A stretch of 54,263 nucleotides of DNA, taken from positions 1 to 54,263 of IMG/VR virus record IMGVR_UViG_3300043414_000482. One strand, given 5' to 3'. The translations under genes were made by a program, and so were the position numbers. Below, one piece after another: positions 31,791 to 41,528 of this stretch (positions within the stretch are counted from its first letter, which is position 1; each line of letters starts with the position of its first letter). The notes under the pieces were generated by a model. That model was not told the DNA's origin and did no database searches. It saw nothing but the letters and a program-made list of their open reading frames with translations. The DNA is from a virus (Duplodnaviria > Caudoviricetes).

Positions 31791-31791
31791 A

Positions 31792-32625
31792 ATGAAACCG
31801 ATTAGAATTTATATTTCGTGTAATGAGTTACCGAATACAAAAGCTAGTCTGTTTCATATCATTAGCAAACTAAAAGCCAGCAATCTACACAATGAGAAAA
31901 TAATCATAGTTCATTCTGTTGATTGGACACCTTATGATTTTTTAGATGGGCTAGACATTGAATACGTCAATAGCGGATTTACTGCGTCACATTATGAATA
32001 TCCTGCAATAAGAAAGTTTTGGCAAGATGCTAATGAGTTAGACTTCTATGGTCTATACTTGCATTGCAAGGGTGCTAGCAAATCAGACGTATTAGAATTT
32101 GAAAATGGATTACGTTGGGCATCATTAATGATGTACGGAGTGGTTGACAACAGTGAAACTTGTTTATATCATTTAAATCAAGGAGCTAACTTAGTTGGTT
32201 CTATGTGGCATTGGCACTTTAAGGGTAACTTCTATTGGTTCAATTCAGAGTATGTTAAACAGATAAACGACCCATACTTGTTTGATTTAGATTACAGAAA
32301 CAATTGTGAATTTTGGGCTGCATACAGTTATTGGTGGGGTAGATATGAATTACCAAAAATAAAAAATCTATTCTATCTCCCTAGTCTAAGTAAAGATACT
32401 GAATTTATTAACCTGGATACATTGCCCTCATTGTTTCAAAAGAAAGTTATAGCAAGTAATTTTAATGACTATCTATTAACACAGGAATACTTTGCATTTG
32501 ATGTTATAGTATTGACTAATGATGAGTATGATCATTACAGGCATATACTTAAGAAGTTTTTAAACTATGATGGTATTGTGATAAATCAGGACACTCGGCA
32601 AATAATTAATTACGACTCAATATGA
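31792..32625 (+). CDS. putative glycosyltransferase-associated protein
   Basis: YEYP...LYLHCKG...HFKGNFYW pattern, lying between GT genes. Confidence 0.6.
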   Translation: MKPIRIYISCNELPNTKASLFHIISKLKASNLHNEKIIIVHSVDWTPYDFLDGLDIEYVNSGFTASHYEYPAIRKFWQDANELDFYGLYLHCKGASKSDVLEFENGLRWASLMMYGVVDNSETCLYHLNQGANLVGSMWHWHFKGNFYWFNSEYVKQINDPYLFDLDYRNNCEFWAAYSYWWGRYELPKIKNLFYLPSLSKDTEFINLDTLPSLFQKKVIASNFNDYLLTQEYFAFDVIVLTNDEYDHYRHILKKFLNYDGIVINQDTRQIINYDSI

Positions 32626-33518
32626 AAAAAATAGTATTCTACATGGAGCCCACTTGGGCATTTGGAACCATTCACTATGAATTGTGTAAGTATCTTTGGG
32701 GATATGGTTTTGATTGTCAACTATTACCCTGGAATCAAAGTTATAGTTTAGCAGAGATGCAGGAATTAATTGATACTACTGACCTGTTTGTTACCACTCC
32801 GCATGGATGGAGACTACTCGGTTATAGTTATAAAATAGTTGATCCAAAGCAATGCGTAGTTATCAGTCATTCAAAATTAGATATGGATGAACTAATTGAA
32901 ATGCACGGAAGTGATGACTTTTATAAGTTTCACAAGTACGGCGCCGTTAGTGAGTGGTTAAGTGAAGTTAGTACACAATTAGGTATTACTAGACCGGCAA
33001 CTGTTACACCATTAGGAATTAATACTAATAGTTTTTATAGTAAACCAAATGATTCATTACGCACAGTAGGTTGTATGAATTTAGGACAAGTGGGTGTACA
33101 TCAAAAGATTAAGCGTCCATGGTTATTAGAGATTGCTACACAACGAGCAGGATTACAACTCAAAGCAGCGGCATCATATCATCATTCGTTTATTACCATG
33201 CCGGGATTTTATAAAAGTGTAGATGCAGTACTGATTGCTAGCACAGAAGAAGGGGCAGGTCTACCCTTATTAGAAGCAGGAGCTGCTGGTAAATTAGTTA
33301 TTAGTACACCAGTTGGACACTACCACAGAGTTGGAAATAGTGGCGCACATTTTGTTCCTATAGTGGAGCACGAGTTTATAGAAAAGACGGTAGAGTTATT
33401 GAGTTACTATAAAGCAAACCCGGAACAATATCGCCAACGTTGTTTAGAGACACAACATCATGCACAATCCTATGATTGGAAATATGTGATTGATAAGTGG
33501 GTTGAAATTTTAAGTTAA
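32622..33518 (+). CDS. GT-B glycosyltransferase
   Basis: STEEGAGLPLLEAGAAGKLVISTPVG. Confidence 0.85.
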   Translation: MKKIVFYMEPTWAFGTIHYELCKYLWGYGFDCQLLPWNQSYSLAEMQELIDTTDLFVTTPHGWRLLGYSYKIVDPKQCVVISHSKLDMDELIEMHGSDDFYKFHKYGAVSEWLSEVSTQLGITRPATVTPLGINTNSFYSKPNDSLRTVGCMNLGQVGVHQKIKRPWLLEIATQRAGLQLKAAASYHHSFITMPGFYKSVDAVLIASTEEGAGLPLLEAGAAGKLVISTPVGHYHRVGNSGAHFVPIVEHEFIEKTVELLSYYKANPEQYRQRCLETQHHAQSYDWKYVIDKWVEILS

Positions 33519-33542
33519 AAAAAAGCCCCTTTCGGGGCTTTG
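33518..33542. terminator. bidirectional terminator at the convergence of late (+) and early (-) blocks
   Basis: A7-GCCCC-tttc-GGGGC-TTT. Confidence 0.85.
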
Positions 33543-33552
33543 TTCATTTGTC

Positions 33553-33786
33553 TTACTCTATGATTTCATAAGACAAGCTACTTAAATTCATAAGCATATG
33601 GTCAGTATATTTTGACATACACATTGCGGGAATCTCTAAGAACGGATCCTCTAGGTGAAACGGGCAAGCTGTTTTCCATGCCATGTGTTCTTTGAAATAT
33701 TTCAACTCACGCAAATCCTCAATCTTAGAAGGATCAAAGTTACGACGGGGGTTGAACTTATTAGCGAATGTGTTTAATACTGACAT
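33553..33786 (-). CDS. hypothetical protein
   Basis: AAGGA RBS; CPFHLE motif. Confidence 0.65.
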   Translation of the reverse strand: MSVLNTFANKFNPRRNFDPSKIEDLRELKYFKEHMAWKTACPFHLEDPFLEIPAMCMSKYTDHMLMNLSSLSYEIIE

Positions 33787-33830
33787 ATATTATTCCTTTA
33801 TTAAGAGTAGGGGCATATAGCCCCTCTTTT

Positions 33831-34220
33831 TTATTTAGCCGCTACACCAGCTTCGGCTAGAACTTGCTCTACCGAAACTTCTTTAGTAGACTTCTTAGCA
33901 CGTGCCTTGATAGCATCAATACTAGGCTTAGTCTTAGAGACCTTAACCTTTACAGTACCCTTATTTGCTTCCTTTGTTTTGTCAGCAAGAGTATCAGCGA
34001 TAGTTGCCTGATCACCGGGAGATGCAAACATCTCCAGTGTAGCAAGATGCTGTAGAGCCTCGACCTTAGTCATTTCACTAGGCAACTCGACCAAGTCAAT
34101 ACGACTTGCTCCGCCCTTAGTGAACTGCTTGATACGGCGAACCATGTCATCAGTAAAACGAACCTTAGTGTTACCATTGTGTGTAGTAATACCAGCGACT
34201 TTGAAAGTTTGTTTAGCCAT
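33831..34220 (-). CDS. Lys/Ala-rich hypothetical protein (start MAKQTF)
   Basis: AAGGA RBS; own promoter 34286-34314; hairpin AGGGGC-atata-GCCCCT after the stop. Confidence 0.75.
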   Translation of the reverse strand: MAKQTFKVAGITTHNGNTKVRFTDDMVRRIKQFTKGGASRIDLVELPSEMTKVEALQHLATLEMFASPGDQATIADTLADKTKEANKGTVKVKVSKTKPSIDAIKARAKKSTKEVSVEQVLAEAGVAAK

Positions 34221-34332
34221 TTTAATTCCTTTATGAAGATAAGCTAAGTTTAAAAAATGTACTGATATCACTCAGCACTGTTATAATGATAACACAGATT
34301 GGCATTATTGTCAACCGTTTGTGCTATCAAAA

Positions 34333-34572
34333 TCATTTTGTTTTACCCGAAAGAGTAAAACCATCAAGGACACTTCCTGCTATTGCAAGGTCCTCAACCT
34401 CATCATGTAATTCGGCAATTGCCAAATTCAATTGTGTTCCAACATTACGCACAACACGGCGAACATATTCCGATTCTTCTGGACCAAGCATAGCAAAATA
34501 CTTTTTCAATTGATCCTCGCTCAATGATGACAAGAATTCAAAAAATAGTAATTGTTCAGCATCAATATTCAT
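34333..34572 (-). CDS. hypothetical protein
   Basis: ORF in operon context. Confidence 0.55.
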   Translation of the reverse strand: MNIDAEQLLFFEFLSSLSEDQLKKYFAMLGPEESEYVRRVVRNVGTQLNLAIAELHDEVEDLAIAGSVLDGFTLSGKTK

Positions 34573-34573
34573 A

Positions 34574-34987
34574 TTAAGCCTCAACCACGTAATGCTTGTC
34601 CCATTTGCCTACGTTAACGTCAACATACCAGCCTACGTTAAAGTAGTCGGATTGAATGTCAGAGTGGTCATGATTGCCATCATTCATAGCAGCAAACACT
34701 TCCTTCATAAAAGCAAGGGCTACACCGTCATAATGATTTTGGAAATGATAGGGGTTAACATCATCATAGCCGTTAGTGTTTGGGGTAAAACCACGAGCCA
34801 CTTGATAGTAGTCATTACCGCAAACTTTATTAGAATTAGCGATAAAGTCAATAGCGCCCGACTTCAGGGTCAAGCACAGGGTCATGTGATTACGCACAGA
34901 CAACGAACCCTTGATTTTATACTTAGCAAGAATAGCCTTGATTTTAGGGGCGATTTTTGCTTTCTTTTCCTGAGACATATAAGCCAT
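34574..34987 (-). CDS. conserved phage hypothetical protein
   Basis: MAYMSQEKK...SDIQSDYFNVGWY pattern; AGGAG RBS. Confidence 0.8.
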   Translation of the reverse strand: MAYMSQEKKAKIAPKIKAILAKYKIKGSLSVRNHMTLCLTLKSGAIDFIANSNKVCGNDYYQVARGFTPNTNGYDDVNPYHFQNHYDGVALAFMKEVFAAMNDGNHDHSDIQSDYFNVGWYVDVNVGKWDKHYVVEA

Positions 34988-35021
34988 TTGAGAACTCCTG
35001 TAATTAACTGATTAAGACTCT

Positions 35022-35050
35022 ATTATATACCCAAAACCATTTAATGTCAA
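35022..35050 (-). promoter_or_regulatory. early promoter (repeat family)
   Basis: TTGACA-ttaaatggttttgggta-TATAAT + AGAGTCTTAATCAGTTAA. Confidence 0.9.
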
Positions 35051-35051
35051 C

Positions 35052-35279
35052 CTAAACGTCCACTAGTTGACCATTACGAACAAAGGACACATACTCTACT
35101 TCACCCAGTACGTCTACCTTCTCGCCCAGTTCGGACTCTACGTAGCCTATTTCATCAAAATACCACTTACCCTCACGCACACATTTTAGTACGTCCTCTA
35201 CAGAACCGAACACTCCTATCAGGTCCGATCCCTCATAGTCTACGAACCCTAATAACGAATACACTTTCATTTTCTTCAC
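35052..35279 (-). CDS. hypothetical early protein
   Basis: ORF behind its own promoter. Confidence 0.65.
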   Translation of the reverse strand: MKKMKVYSLLGFVDYEGSDLIGVFGSVEDVLKCVREGKWYFDEIGYVESELGEKVDVLGEVEYVSFVRNGQLVDV

Positions 35280-35304
35280 CTGTTGTTTAACTGATTAAGA
35301 CTAT

Positions 35305-35333
35305 ATTATATACCCAAAACCATTTAATGTCAA
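35305..35333 (-). promoter_or_regulatory. early promoter (repeat family)
   Basis: TTGACA-17-TATAAT + ATAGTCTTAATCAGTTAA. Confidence 0.9.
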
Positions 35334-35336
35334 CAT

Positions 35337-36125
35337 TTATTTTAGCTTAATTCCAGCAGTTTCCAGTCTAGCAAATACGCTATCCCCGAAATTCCAGCCC
35401 TCAGGCATGCTAGTTTGCATGTCCAGTTCGCCGTCTAGCAAATCAGCTTCCTGATTAGTAATCAATACAATAGCCAAATTATTCTTAATCATTTGTGCTA
35501 CTTCGGTAACACTACGCTTTTCCATAGTCATTGTCACCGCTTGATTGAAAATCATAATACAAGGGACAATATGTTCCCGATATGTATTTTCTTTTGTACG
35601 CTTAACTGATTCACCAATTGTAATCAAATGGTCGATACTATCACCCTCAAGCAATGACCGAGCATTCTCTAGACCAAATCCATCCTCATTGTCGATAAAA
35701 TAACGGAATCGTTTGGCAATCTTCTCAAAGATGTTACGCTCGGACACTTCACGCGGAATTGGCTTAATTGCTTGTCCGCGGATCTTTTTAACAATAGATT
35801 CAATTGATTCAATAATAGCAACAATGATCCAAAAGTTTTCAAGGACGTCACCATCAAAGGGGACATGCATGTAATCTTTTTCGTCCTTACGCTTCTCGGC
35901 ACGTTTACCTAATTTCTCAGTAAACCCTGCCTCAATCAGGTGCTTACGTATTTCAGCAATGTATTCAGGCTTTGCTTCCCAACCTACTGTATAATTGTTT
36001 TTCTTAATCTCGCACTTGATACCGTTTTTACTAAAAACGTATAACGATTTTTCTTCATGGCTGCGAGGTTCGTAATCACGTTCCTCGCATGATTCCTTGA
36101 AGGTGCCAAATGATATTGCAGCCAT
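35337..36125 (-). CDS. hypothetical protein
   Basis: 262 aa; YREHIVP motif. Confidence 0.75.
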   Translation of the reverse strand: MAAISFGTFKESCEERDYEPRSHEEKSLYVFSKNGIKCEIKKNNYTVGWEAKPEYIAEIRKHLIEAGFTEKLGKRAEKRKDEKDYMHVPFDGDVLENFWIIVAIIESIESIVKKIRGQAIKPIPREVSERNIFEKIAKRFRYFIDNEDGFGLENARSLLEGDSIDHLITIGESVKRTKENTYREHIVPCIMIFNQAVTMTMEKRSVTEVAQMIKNNLAIVLITNQEADLLDGELDMQTSMPEGWNFGDSVFARLETAGIKLK

Positions 36126-36295
36126 TAACTATTCACCGTATTGTAGGGACTCAATTCCTCAGGACCCTGTTCATATTCCAAAATGTCATATACAAAGTGC
36201 AAGGGGATTCCCAGTCGCACAGAGATAGAGACCGGGTTATAGCCCTCGTCCAGCATATCACGGATACTTAGATCCAAGTCAGCCATTTTGCTCAT
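36125..36295 (-). CDS. small protein (56 aa, not in ORF track)
   Basis: MSKMADLDLSIRDMLDEG...; coupled to both neighbours. Confidence 0.6.
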   Translation of the reverse strand: MSKMADLDLSIRDMLDEGYNPVSISVRLGIPLHFVYDILEYEQGPEELSPYNTVNS

Positions 36296-36507
36296 TTTGA
36301 ATTACTCACGGTAGTTTTAAATAAGATACCAGACAATGTAGAAATACCCCAAGCCTGAACCCAAGACACTTCGTTGATGCCATTAATAGCTCCAACTAGT
36401 GCGTTATTCCAGAGCCACATCACGGGCCAACTTAATAGAAAACCAAGAAATAGAATACCAGCAATACCTACGATTGCGGCACCAATGATAATAAAAACTT
36501 TATCCAT
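36292..36507 (-). CDS. small membrane protein
   Basis: TM segments; WPVMWLWN...QAWG. Confidence 0.7.
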   Translation of the reverse strand: MDKVFIIIGAAIVGIAGILFLGFLLSWPVMWLWNNALVGAINGINEVSWVQAWGISTLSGILFKTTVSNSK

Positions 36508-36517
36508 GATTTACTCC

Positions 36518-36796
36518 TTAAGCGGCTGACAACATGTTAGCCGGAACACGCCATGTATTCAACGGACCAGTCTTAACGATAACAAATTTGCGATTGATTT
36601 TTTGTACATCACCTGTGATTACCTGACCACTGCGGCTGTTAGTGAATTTCACTTTAGTACCGACAGTCAGGGTGTACTTGTTTTTCTGTGCGATTTGGGC
36701 ACGAGCAAAACGAATTGCATCGGTGATGCTAGTCAGTTGGTCATTGGTAAAGTTACCTGCTAGAATAGCACGGTTGATTTCAGAAATGTCAGTCAT
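36518..36796 (-). CDS. hypothetical SH3-like protein
   Basis: VGTKVKF...G.V.KINRK...WRVPANML. Confidence 0.75.
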   Translation of the reverse strand: MTDISEINRAILAGNFTNDQLTSITDAIRFARAQIAQKNKYTLTVGTKVKFTNSRSGQVITGDVQKINRKFVIVKTGPLNTWRVPANMLSAA

Positions 36797-36828
36797 AAAA
36801 ACTCCTTTAGTTAACTGATTAAGACTCT

Positions 36829-36857
36829 ATTATAAACCCAAATCCATTTAATGTCAA
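36829..36857 (-). promoter_or_regulatory. early promoter (repeat family)
   Basis: TTGACA-17-TATAAT + AGAGTCTTAATCAGTTAA. Confidence 0.9.
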
Positions 36858-36858
36858 A

Positions 36859-37089
36859 TTATTTTTTCAGGTCTTGCTCAATTTTATTGAGAGTTTCCAG
36901 AGATTCAAGACGGGTTAGCAAAAGACTGTAACCCAAGTAAAATATAAAACCAATAGCCCCGAGACCAATTGCGGTGCCGATTGTTTCACGAGGGAAAGTA
37001 GCAAAGACCCAATCAATGGACAACGAGACTCCTGCTGCGAATGCTACGAGACCAACCAACTGTAATAGTGCTTTAAGTTTAAGAGACAT
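36859..37089 (-). CDS. two-TM membrane protein (start MSLKL)
   Basis: AAGGA RBS; promoter TTGACA-17-TATACT at 37120-37148. Confidence 0.65.
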   Translation of the reverse strand: MSLKLKALLQLVGLVAFAAGVSLSIDWVFATFPRETIGTAIGLGAIGFIFYLGYSLLLTRLESLETLNKIEQDLKK

Positions 37090-37144
37090 TTTTAATTTCC
37101 TTTTTGAGTTAACATGTGTAGTATACACCCAAGACCATTTAATG

Positions 37145-37348
37145 TCAACCTTTGGGGGCGTATTTTTGTGTCAATTCTTGGACTTCCTCTACTGTGGCCA
37201 GCCCCGAATCAATCAATCTTTTCTGTTCCTGATTGATAGCAGACCGTTCAGCCATGCCCTTCTTCCAAACGGAATGGTCATCACTATAGTCAAAATACCA
37301 ATCATGGGACCGTAACAATTTTTCCAAAACTACAAGTGATTCGTTCAT
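37145..37348 (-). CDS. hypothetical protein (start MNESL)
   Basis: AGGAG RBS; HDWYFDYSDD motif. Confidence 0.7.
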   Translation of the reverse strand: MNESLVVLEKLLRSHDWYFDYSDDHSVWKKGMAERSAINQEQKRLIDSGLATVEEVQELTQKYAPKG

Positions 37349-37349
37349 A

Positions 37350-37502
37350 TCAAAACTCCTGCTTGGAATGCTTAGGTTTGCGTTTGTACAATACTTTGGA
37401 TTGTACAGATTTTGGCTTGAACGGAGTGTTGTTTTGAAACAACACATGGTGAGCCCGATGTTTGGGCTGTTCAATTTTGAAAGAGAGTATTTGCTTTTTC
37501 AT
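37350..37502 (-). CDS. small basic protein, probably leaderless (MKKQIL)
   Basis: ATG 7 nt after TATACT of promoter 37510-37538. Confidence 0.6.
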   Translation of the reverse strand: MKKQILSFKIEQPKHRAHHVLFQNNTPFKPKSVQSKVLYKRKPKHSKQEF

Positions 37503-37534
37503 AACCCATAGTATAGCAGATACTCCATTTATTG

Positions 37535-37858
37535 TCAAATACTAAATTCCACTCTAGTGACGTTTTTTGTAGTGAAACTGCGCCATTCTTTTTTCTCTAA
37601 GTCAAACACTCGGATGCTAGTGGTTGATTCCTTGCGAGGTGTTTTACCTTCAGCTAATGGTTTTGCTTCGGGTAATAGTTCTGGTTTTAGTGTACAGTTC
37701 ATTACACGCTCAGTGCCATCTTGCTTAGTAAAGGTAACTGTAACAGTTTCATTTACTTTAAGCATTCCAGTTAACCAATTAGTAAATTTATCCCATTCTT
37801 TTTCATTCCAATCTTTTGTTGGATGATAAGGTGTTGCTAGTGCTTCAATCGTTTCCAT
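37535..37858 (-). CDS. DUF2693/WYL-like SH3-fold protein
   Basis: VTFTKQDGTERVM.CTL...VFDLEKKEWRSF. Confidence 0.75.
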   Translation of the reverse strand: METIEALATPYHPTKDWNEKEWDKFTNWLTGMLKVNETVTVTFTKQDGTERVMNCTLKPELLPEAKPLAEGKTPRKESTTSIRVFDLEKKEWRSFTTKNVTRVEFSI

Positions 37859-38387
37859 TTTGTTCTTCCCATGTAGTAAAAAAGTTTTTCATTTTTAGTT
37901 CTTTTTCCCACTCATCGGCGTAGTCATTGTCTACATCACACAAAGCAAATGCTTCCTTCCTAGTCACTACACGATGGCTAACAATTTGTTCACCAAGATG
38001 TTCCTGACTAAACTCTTTTGCTTCACCCATCACTACAGTATCCAATGCCCATTTAACCTTGTCATTGCCATAGTCATCAATACCAATTGGAACTTCAACC
38101 AGGTAACGAGTACGAAATGTGCTTACCGCTTCAACTAACACCCATTGTTTCTCCTCGGATGCTTTCTTACTAATACTGTATGATCCGTCTTTATTGTCTT
38201 TCCATTTCAACACATCACCAATTTCAAATCCTTGTGATTTCATTAAATCATCCGGCAATGGTAGAATCATATCACCTGTCTCTGGATCCTCTTGTAATGT
38301 TGCAATCCAAGAGTTATCACCTGTCTTGGCCCACAGTGGTTCAAGTTTACTTGGTTCAATTTTAGATTCAATTTTCTTTTTACCCAT
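37845..38387 (-). CDS. AbrB/MazE-domain protein
   Basis: ILPLPDDLM...GFEIGDVLKW. Confidence 0.7.
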   Translation of the reverse strand: MGKKKIESKIEPSKLEPLWAKTGDNSWIATLQEDPETGDMILPLPDDLMKSQGFEIGDVLKWKDNKDGSYSISKKASEEKQWVLVEAVSTFRTRYLVEVPIGIDDYGNDKVKWALDTVVMGEAKEFSQEHLGEQIVSHRVVTRKEAFALCDVDNDYADEWEKELKMKNFFTTWEEQNGND

Positions 38388-38396
38388 GATATTTCC

Positions 38397-38696
38397 TTAA
38401 TTAATTAACATACGAACAAGACCAATACTATCAATAGTCACTAACAACATATAATTGGCAATCATACCAAACGACTTGCGAGTATAACTAGCCCAAGCAT
38501 ACATAGCGCAACCAGTGATCCATATAGGATAAAGAATGAGAAGGGGTGGTTGTGGTACCGTGAGCGCCATTGTGACCGAACACCCGACACTAATAATCCA
38601 AGCCGTAATTTCAACGACAAAACGAAAAGGGTTTGTTGTATAGTCATCTTTGATGTAATTGTAAATGTTAAGCAATATTAAGTTCATGTTCAGCAA
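38397..38696 (-). CDS. three-TM membrane protein
   Basis: hydrophobic ORF. Confidence 0.7.
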   Translation of the reverse strand: MLNMNLILLNIYNYIKDDYTTNPFRFVVEITAWIISVGCSVTMALTVPQPPLLILYPIWITGCAMYAWASYTRKSFGMIANYMLLVTIDSIGLVRMLIN

Positions 38697-39189
38697 TTAC
38701 ATTACGCAATACTTCCTCAACCATCTTATTCAATGTGATATCTCGCTTGTGTGCTTCCATTGACAATTTTAGCATAGTGTCATTGTCTAAATCAATTGGC
38801 ACTTGAATACGAGTATCAAACTTTTCACCCTTAAACATAGCTGTTGCCTTTTCAATAAAATCTTCTTCTGTTTCCAAGTCAACCCACTTGATATCATCCC
38901 ATGCTTGGTCAGCATCAATACCACGATTGGTTGCTTCTTGTTTGTATGCTTCCTGATGTTCTGGATTAATGTAACGATAGGGCTTTGGTTCAACATCCCA
39001 AGAACCAGCTACTGGACTAACACTCACTTCATACACTGTTTGTGTGTCAGTATCAAATACTACATATCCACATGCGTATGTGCTAGTGTAGTCAATACTA
39101 CGAACATTGTCTCCATAGCAATGCCAAAGATATTCACTGCCGTCGGTGATTCTATGTTGAAAGAGATTGTTTACTTGTTCAAGATTCAT
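38668..39189 (-). CDS. hypothetical protein with C-terminal ribbon-helix-helix-like segment
   Basis: AHKRDITLNKMVE; promoter TTGACT-17-TACAAT at 39215-39243. Confidence 0.7.
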   Translation of the reverse strand: MNLEQVNNLFQHRITDGSEYLWHCYGDNVRSIDYTSTYACGYVVFDTDTQTVYEVSVSPVAGSWDVEPKPYRYINPEHQEAYKQEATNRGIDADQAWDDIKWVDLETEEDFIEKATAMFKGEKFDTRIQVPIDLDNDTMLKLSMEAHKRDITLNKMVEEVLRNVIAEHELNIA

Positions 39190-39239
39190 GTTATAGCTCC
39201 AGTTAAGATATGTTATTGTACACTAAGTTTGGTATATAG

Positions 39240-39596
39240 TCAATTGAATTGGGTATCAGGGATGTTTTCTGTATCACCGTCTTTAGCAAAAGTAAATCCT
39301 AAATCTAACATTATTTCAGTCTCTGCCTGTGAACAGTTACCACGGAAGATAAAAATCCTACGAGTCAGGTTGTCCTTAGAGTAATAGATCCTATAAGACA
39401 CTCGGGGAACATTTAGTTTTTCTGAAAGTAGAGGCTGCGATATCTCATCACCCCAATCTTCGGTGATAGATTCCCGTTGTTGTTCATACACAAAGTCTTT
39501 CATAGATTGTATCAAACTTCCTTTACCCCAAAATGCGTTTTGCTCACACCAGGCAATCTTTCGGTCAAGCATTTCAATAGTGATTTCGTTACTCAT
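39240..39596 (-). CDS. hypothetical protein
   Basis: ORF with ATGA coupling. Confidence 0.65.
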   Translation of the reverse strand: MSNEITIEMLDRKIAWCEQNAFWGKGSLIQSMKDFVYEQQRESITEDWGDEISQPLLSEKLNVPRVSYRIYYSKDNLTRRIFIFRGNCSQAETEIMLDLGFTFAKDGDTENIPDTQFN

Positions 39597-39811
39597 TCCT
39601 CAACTCCATATTCTAATTGAAGGGCATACAATGCTTTACGTACCTTTACTGCAACGGGTTTATACTTGTCAGGATGTATAGGATGATAGGTATATTCCAT
39701 ACCCGCCCAAGTTTTACTACCATTCAATAGTTTGTCAACCTCTGCTAGAATTTGAAAGCGAGGATCAGCCCACATCTTGATTACATGGTCAGGAACGATC
39801 GGTGTGTTCAT
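39593..39811 (-). CDS. hypothetical protein ending YGVEE
   Basis: shares its C-terminus with the GVEE paralogs. Confidence 0.65.
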   Translation of the reverse strand: MNTPIVPDHVIKMWADPRFQILAEVDKLLNGSKTWAGMEYTYHPIHPDKYKPVAVKVRKALYALQLEYGVEE

Positions 39812-40038
39812 TCTTCAACTCCGAAATGTTCTTTAATCTTGTTACTAACATTCAACGCACATTCATAATAGGATGCGTCATATCCAACACCAGCACATTC
39901 TTTCACAATCAACAGGGCTAATTTAGCAACATCTAATTTTTCATCAGGGATTACAAACCCCTTAGATTTACTATACTCTACTGCTTGATCGGCAGGGACA
40001 ATACATTCCTGCAATAGTTTACTAAATTGTTCGTTCAT
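39808..40038 (-). CDS. '...LIVKECA...HFGVEE' paralog
   Basis: family motif. Confidence 0.75.
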   Translation of the reverse strand: MNEQFSKLLQECIVPADQAVEYSKSKGFVIPDEKLDVAKLALLIVKECAGVGYDASYYECALNVSNKIKEHFGVEE

Positions 40039-40226
40039 TCTTCAACTCCGAAATGTTGTTTAATCAAATCCGAACTAAGGAAAGGTTCCGCAGTATCAGC
40101 AATCTCAGCACATTTGAGAACAATCAACTCGGCGAACTTTTTAGGATCAAAGTTGCTATAATCAACACCATCACCACCAAAACGAGCACCAGCCTCAACC
40201 AGCAGTTTATCAATTCGTTCGTTCAT
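40035..40226 (-). CDS. 'MNERI...HFGVEE' paralog
   Basis: family motif. Confidence 0.75.
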   Translation of the reverse strand: MNERIDKLLVEAGARFGGDGVDYSNFDPKKFAELIVLKCAEIADTAEPFLSSDLIKQHFGVEE

Positions 40227-40346
40227 TTTTTTCTTCCTTCAAGGGCGCGGGCTGTACAGGCTGTGCGTTCTTACGCTCACACTTTAATTTTTTAACTAGC
40301 CTATTAAACCCGCGCTTTTCTGATAATGGTTTCCATGCTTTAGTCA

Positions 40347-40553
40347 TCACTTCTTTCCAATCTTAGAAACAACTTCTACCTTGCTTACTTGTAATTGATA
40401 AAGAAACCTACGATACACTCGCAATGCGGCAATACTCATTGAGTCTTCTTTACCTTCAAGTTCAGCAATCTTAGATTCTAATTCTTTTTCCTTGGCGCGG
40501 TGACGCTCAATGTCAGCATTGAGACCTTTTGCTTTATCCCAAAAGTATTTCAT
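40347..40553 (-). CDS. small coiled-coil protein
   Basis: AAGGAG RBS. Confidence 0.65.
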   Translation of the reverse strand: MKYFWDKAKGLNADIERHRAKEKELESKIAELEGKEDSMSIAALRVYRRFLYQLQVSKVEVVSKIGKK

Positions 40554-40563
40554 AATGTTCTCC

Positions 40564-40902
40564 TTACTTAATCCCGAATGTGTTCAATTCGGGACGCAAT
40601 GTGTTAATCAATTCTGTTTCACGGCTATGAGCAGGACGCTTGCCACGAACAACTTCAATAACACCGAATATAAAACGCTCGGCACCACGTTCACGCAATG
40701 CACAAGACAGACCCCAATTCTTACGCTCAGTCATAGCCCGTTGCATGTGTTTTTGCATACGACGGGTCAATGTCTTACGCACATTACCTGCGAAACACAC
40801 AGCAGTCAAACCAATATAGTATTCAAATGTAACTGTATCTTGTATAAAATACAGTACTTGATTACGATCAGTTCTACGCTTACGGGCGATTTTTGAGTTC
40901 AT
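40564..40902 (-). CDS. GIY-YIG nuclease-like protein, probably leaderless (MNSKI)
   Basis: VLY...YYIG...R...E...LN motifs; promoter 40909-40937. Confidence 0.7.
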   Translation of the reverse strand: MNSKIARKRRTDRNQVLYFIQDTVTFEYYIGLTAVCFAGNVRKTLTRRMQKHMQRAMTERKNWGLSCALRERGAERFIFGVIEVVRGKRPAHSRETELINTLRPELNTFGIK

Positions 40903-40933
40903 AGATGAATTATACACGTAAACCCATTTAATG

Positions 40934-41449
40934 TCAACTGTAAGTTTCCAGTAAGGCCGAGACGAATTCCGGGCTGCTATCCCCGAGGTCCTTGTCTGTT
41001 GTAAAAACGCAACAGTTTCCAAACTTGGCCAACTTGCGGCCTGCATCGTCATTGTCGCAAACTGTGACAACCCTGCGGTTAAGACAGGTTAACCAGTTTC
41101 CCAAGTCTTGATTGGGGTTGTTAGATAGCACGGCCAACGCACTAAATCCACGCTCAGTCAACCGGGCCGCATCAAACACCCCCTCACACACAAACACGAC
41201 TCCGGGGCTTAAATAGAGACTTTCCACGCCCCAGACTGTCTGGGTAGGCTGATTTCGGTATGTGAAATACTTGCCCTGCTTGGGATTATTCTGTGGTTTT
41301 TTCTCGCCCAAGGGGCGATATTGCTGATACCCGACTAATTGGCCGCTTAGATTCCACAAATAGAATGTAGCAACACCTTCAACTTCATCAAGCACGGGCC
41401 TGTGAAGTTCTAAGTCTAAGTGACGAGATTTTAGGTGTTCTCTCAGCAT
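40934..41449 (-). CDS. stand-alone Toprim-domain (primase-like) protein, probably leaderless (MLREH)
   Basis: VCEGVFDA...CDNDDAG...KD motifs; promoter 41456-41484. Confidence 0.78.
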   Translation of the reverse strand: MLREHLKSRHLDLELHRPVLDEVEGVATFYLWNLSGQLVGYQQYRPLGEKKPQNNPKQGKYFTYRNQPTQTVWGVESLYLSPGVVFVCEGVFDAARLTERGFSALAVLSNNPNQDLGNWLTCLNRRVVTVCDNDDAGRKLAKFGNCCVFTTDKDLGDSSPEFVSALLETYS

Positions 41450-41528
41450 ACCCATAGTATACATCCAAAACCATTTATTGTCAAGTGGGAAGTTGCTCAA
41501 AAATTAAGCAATTTAGACTGTTGTATTT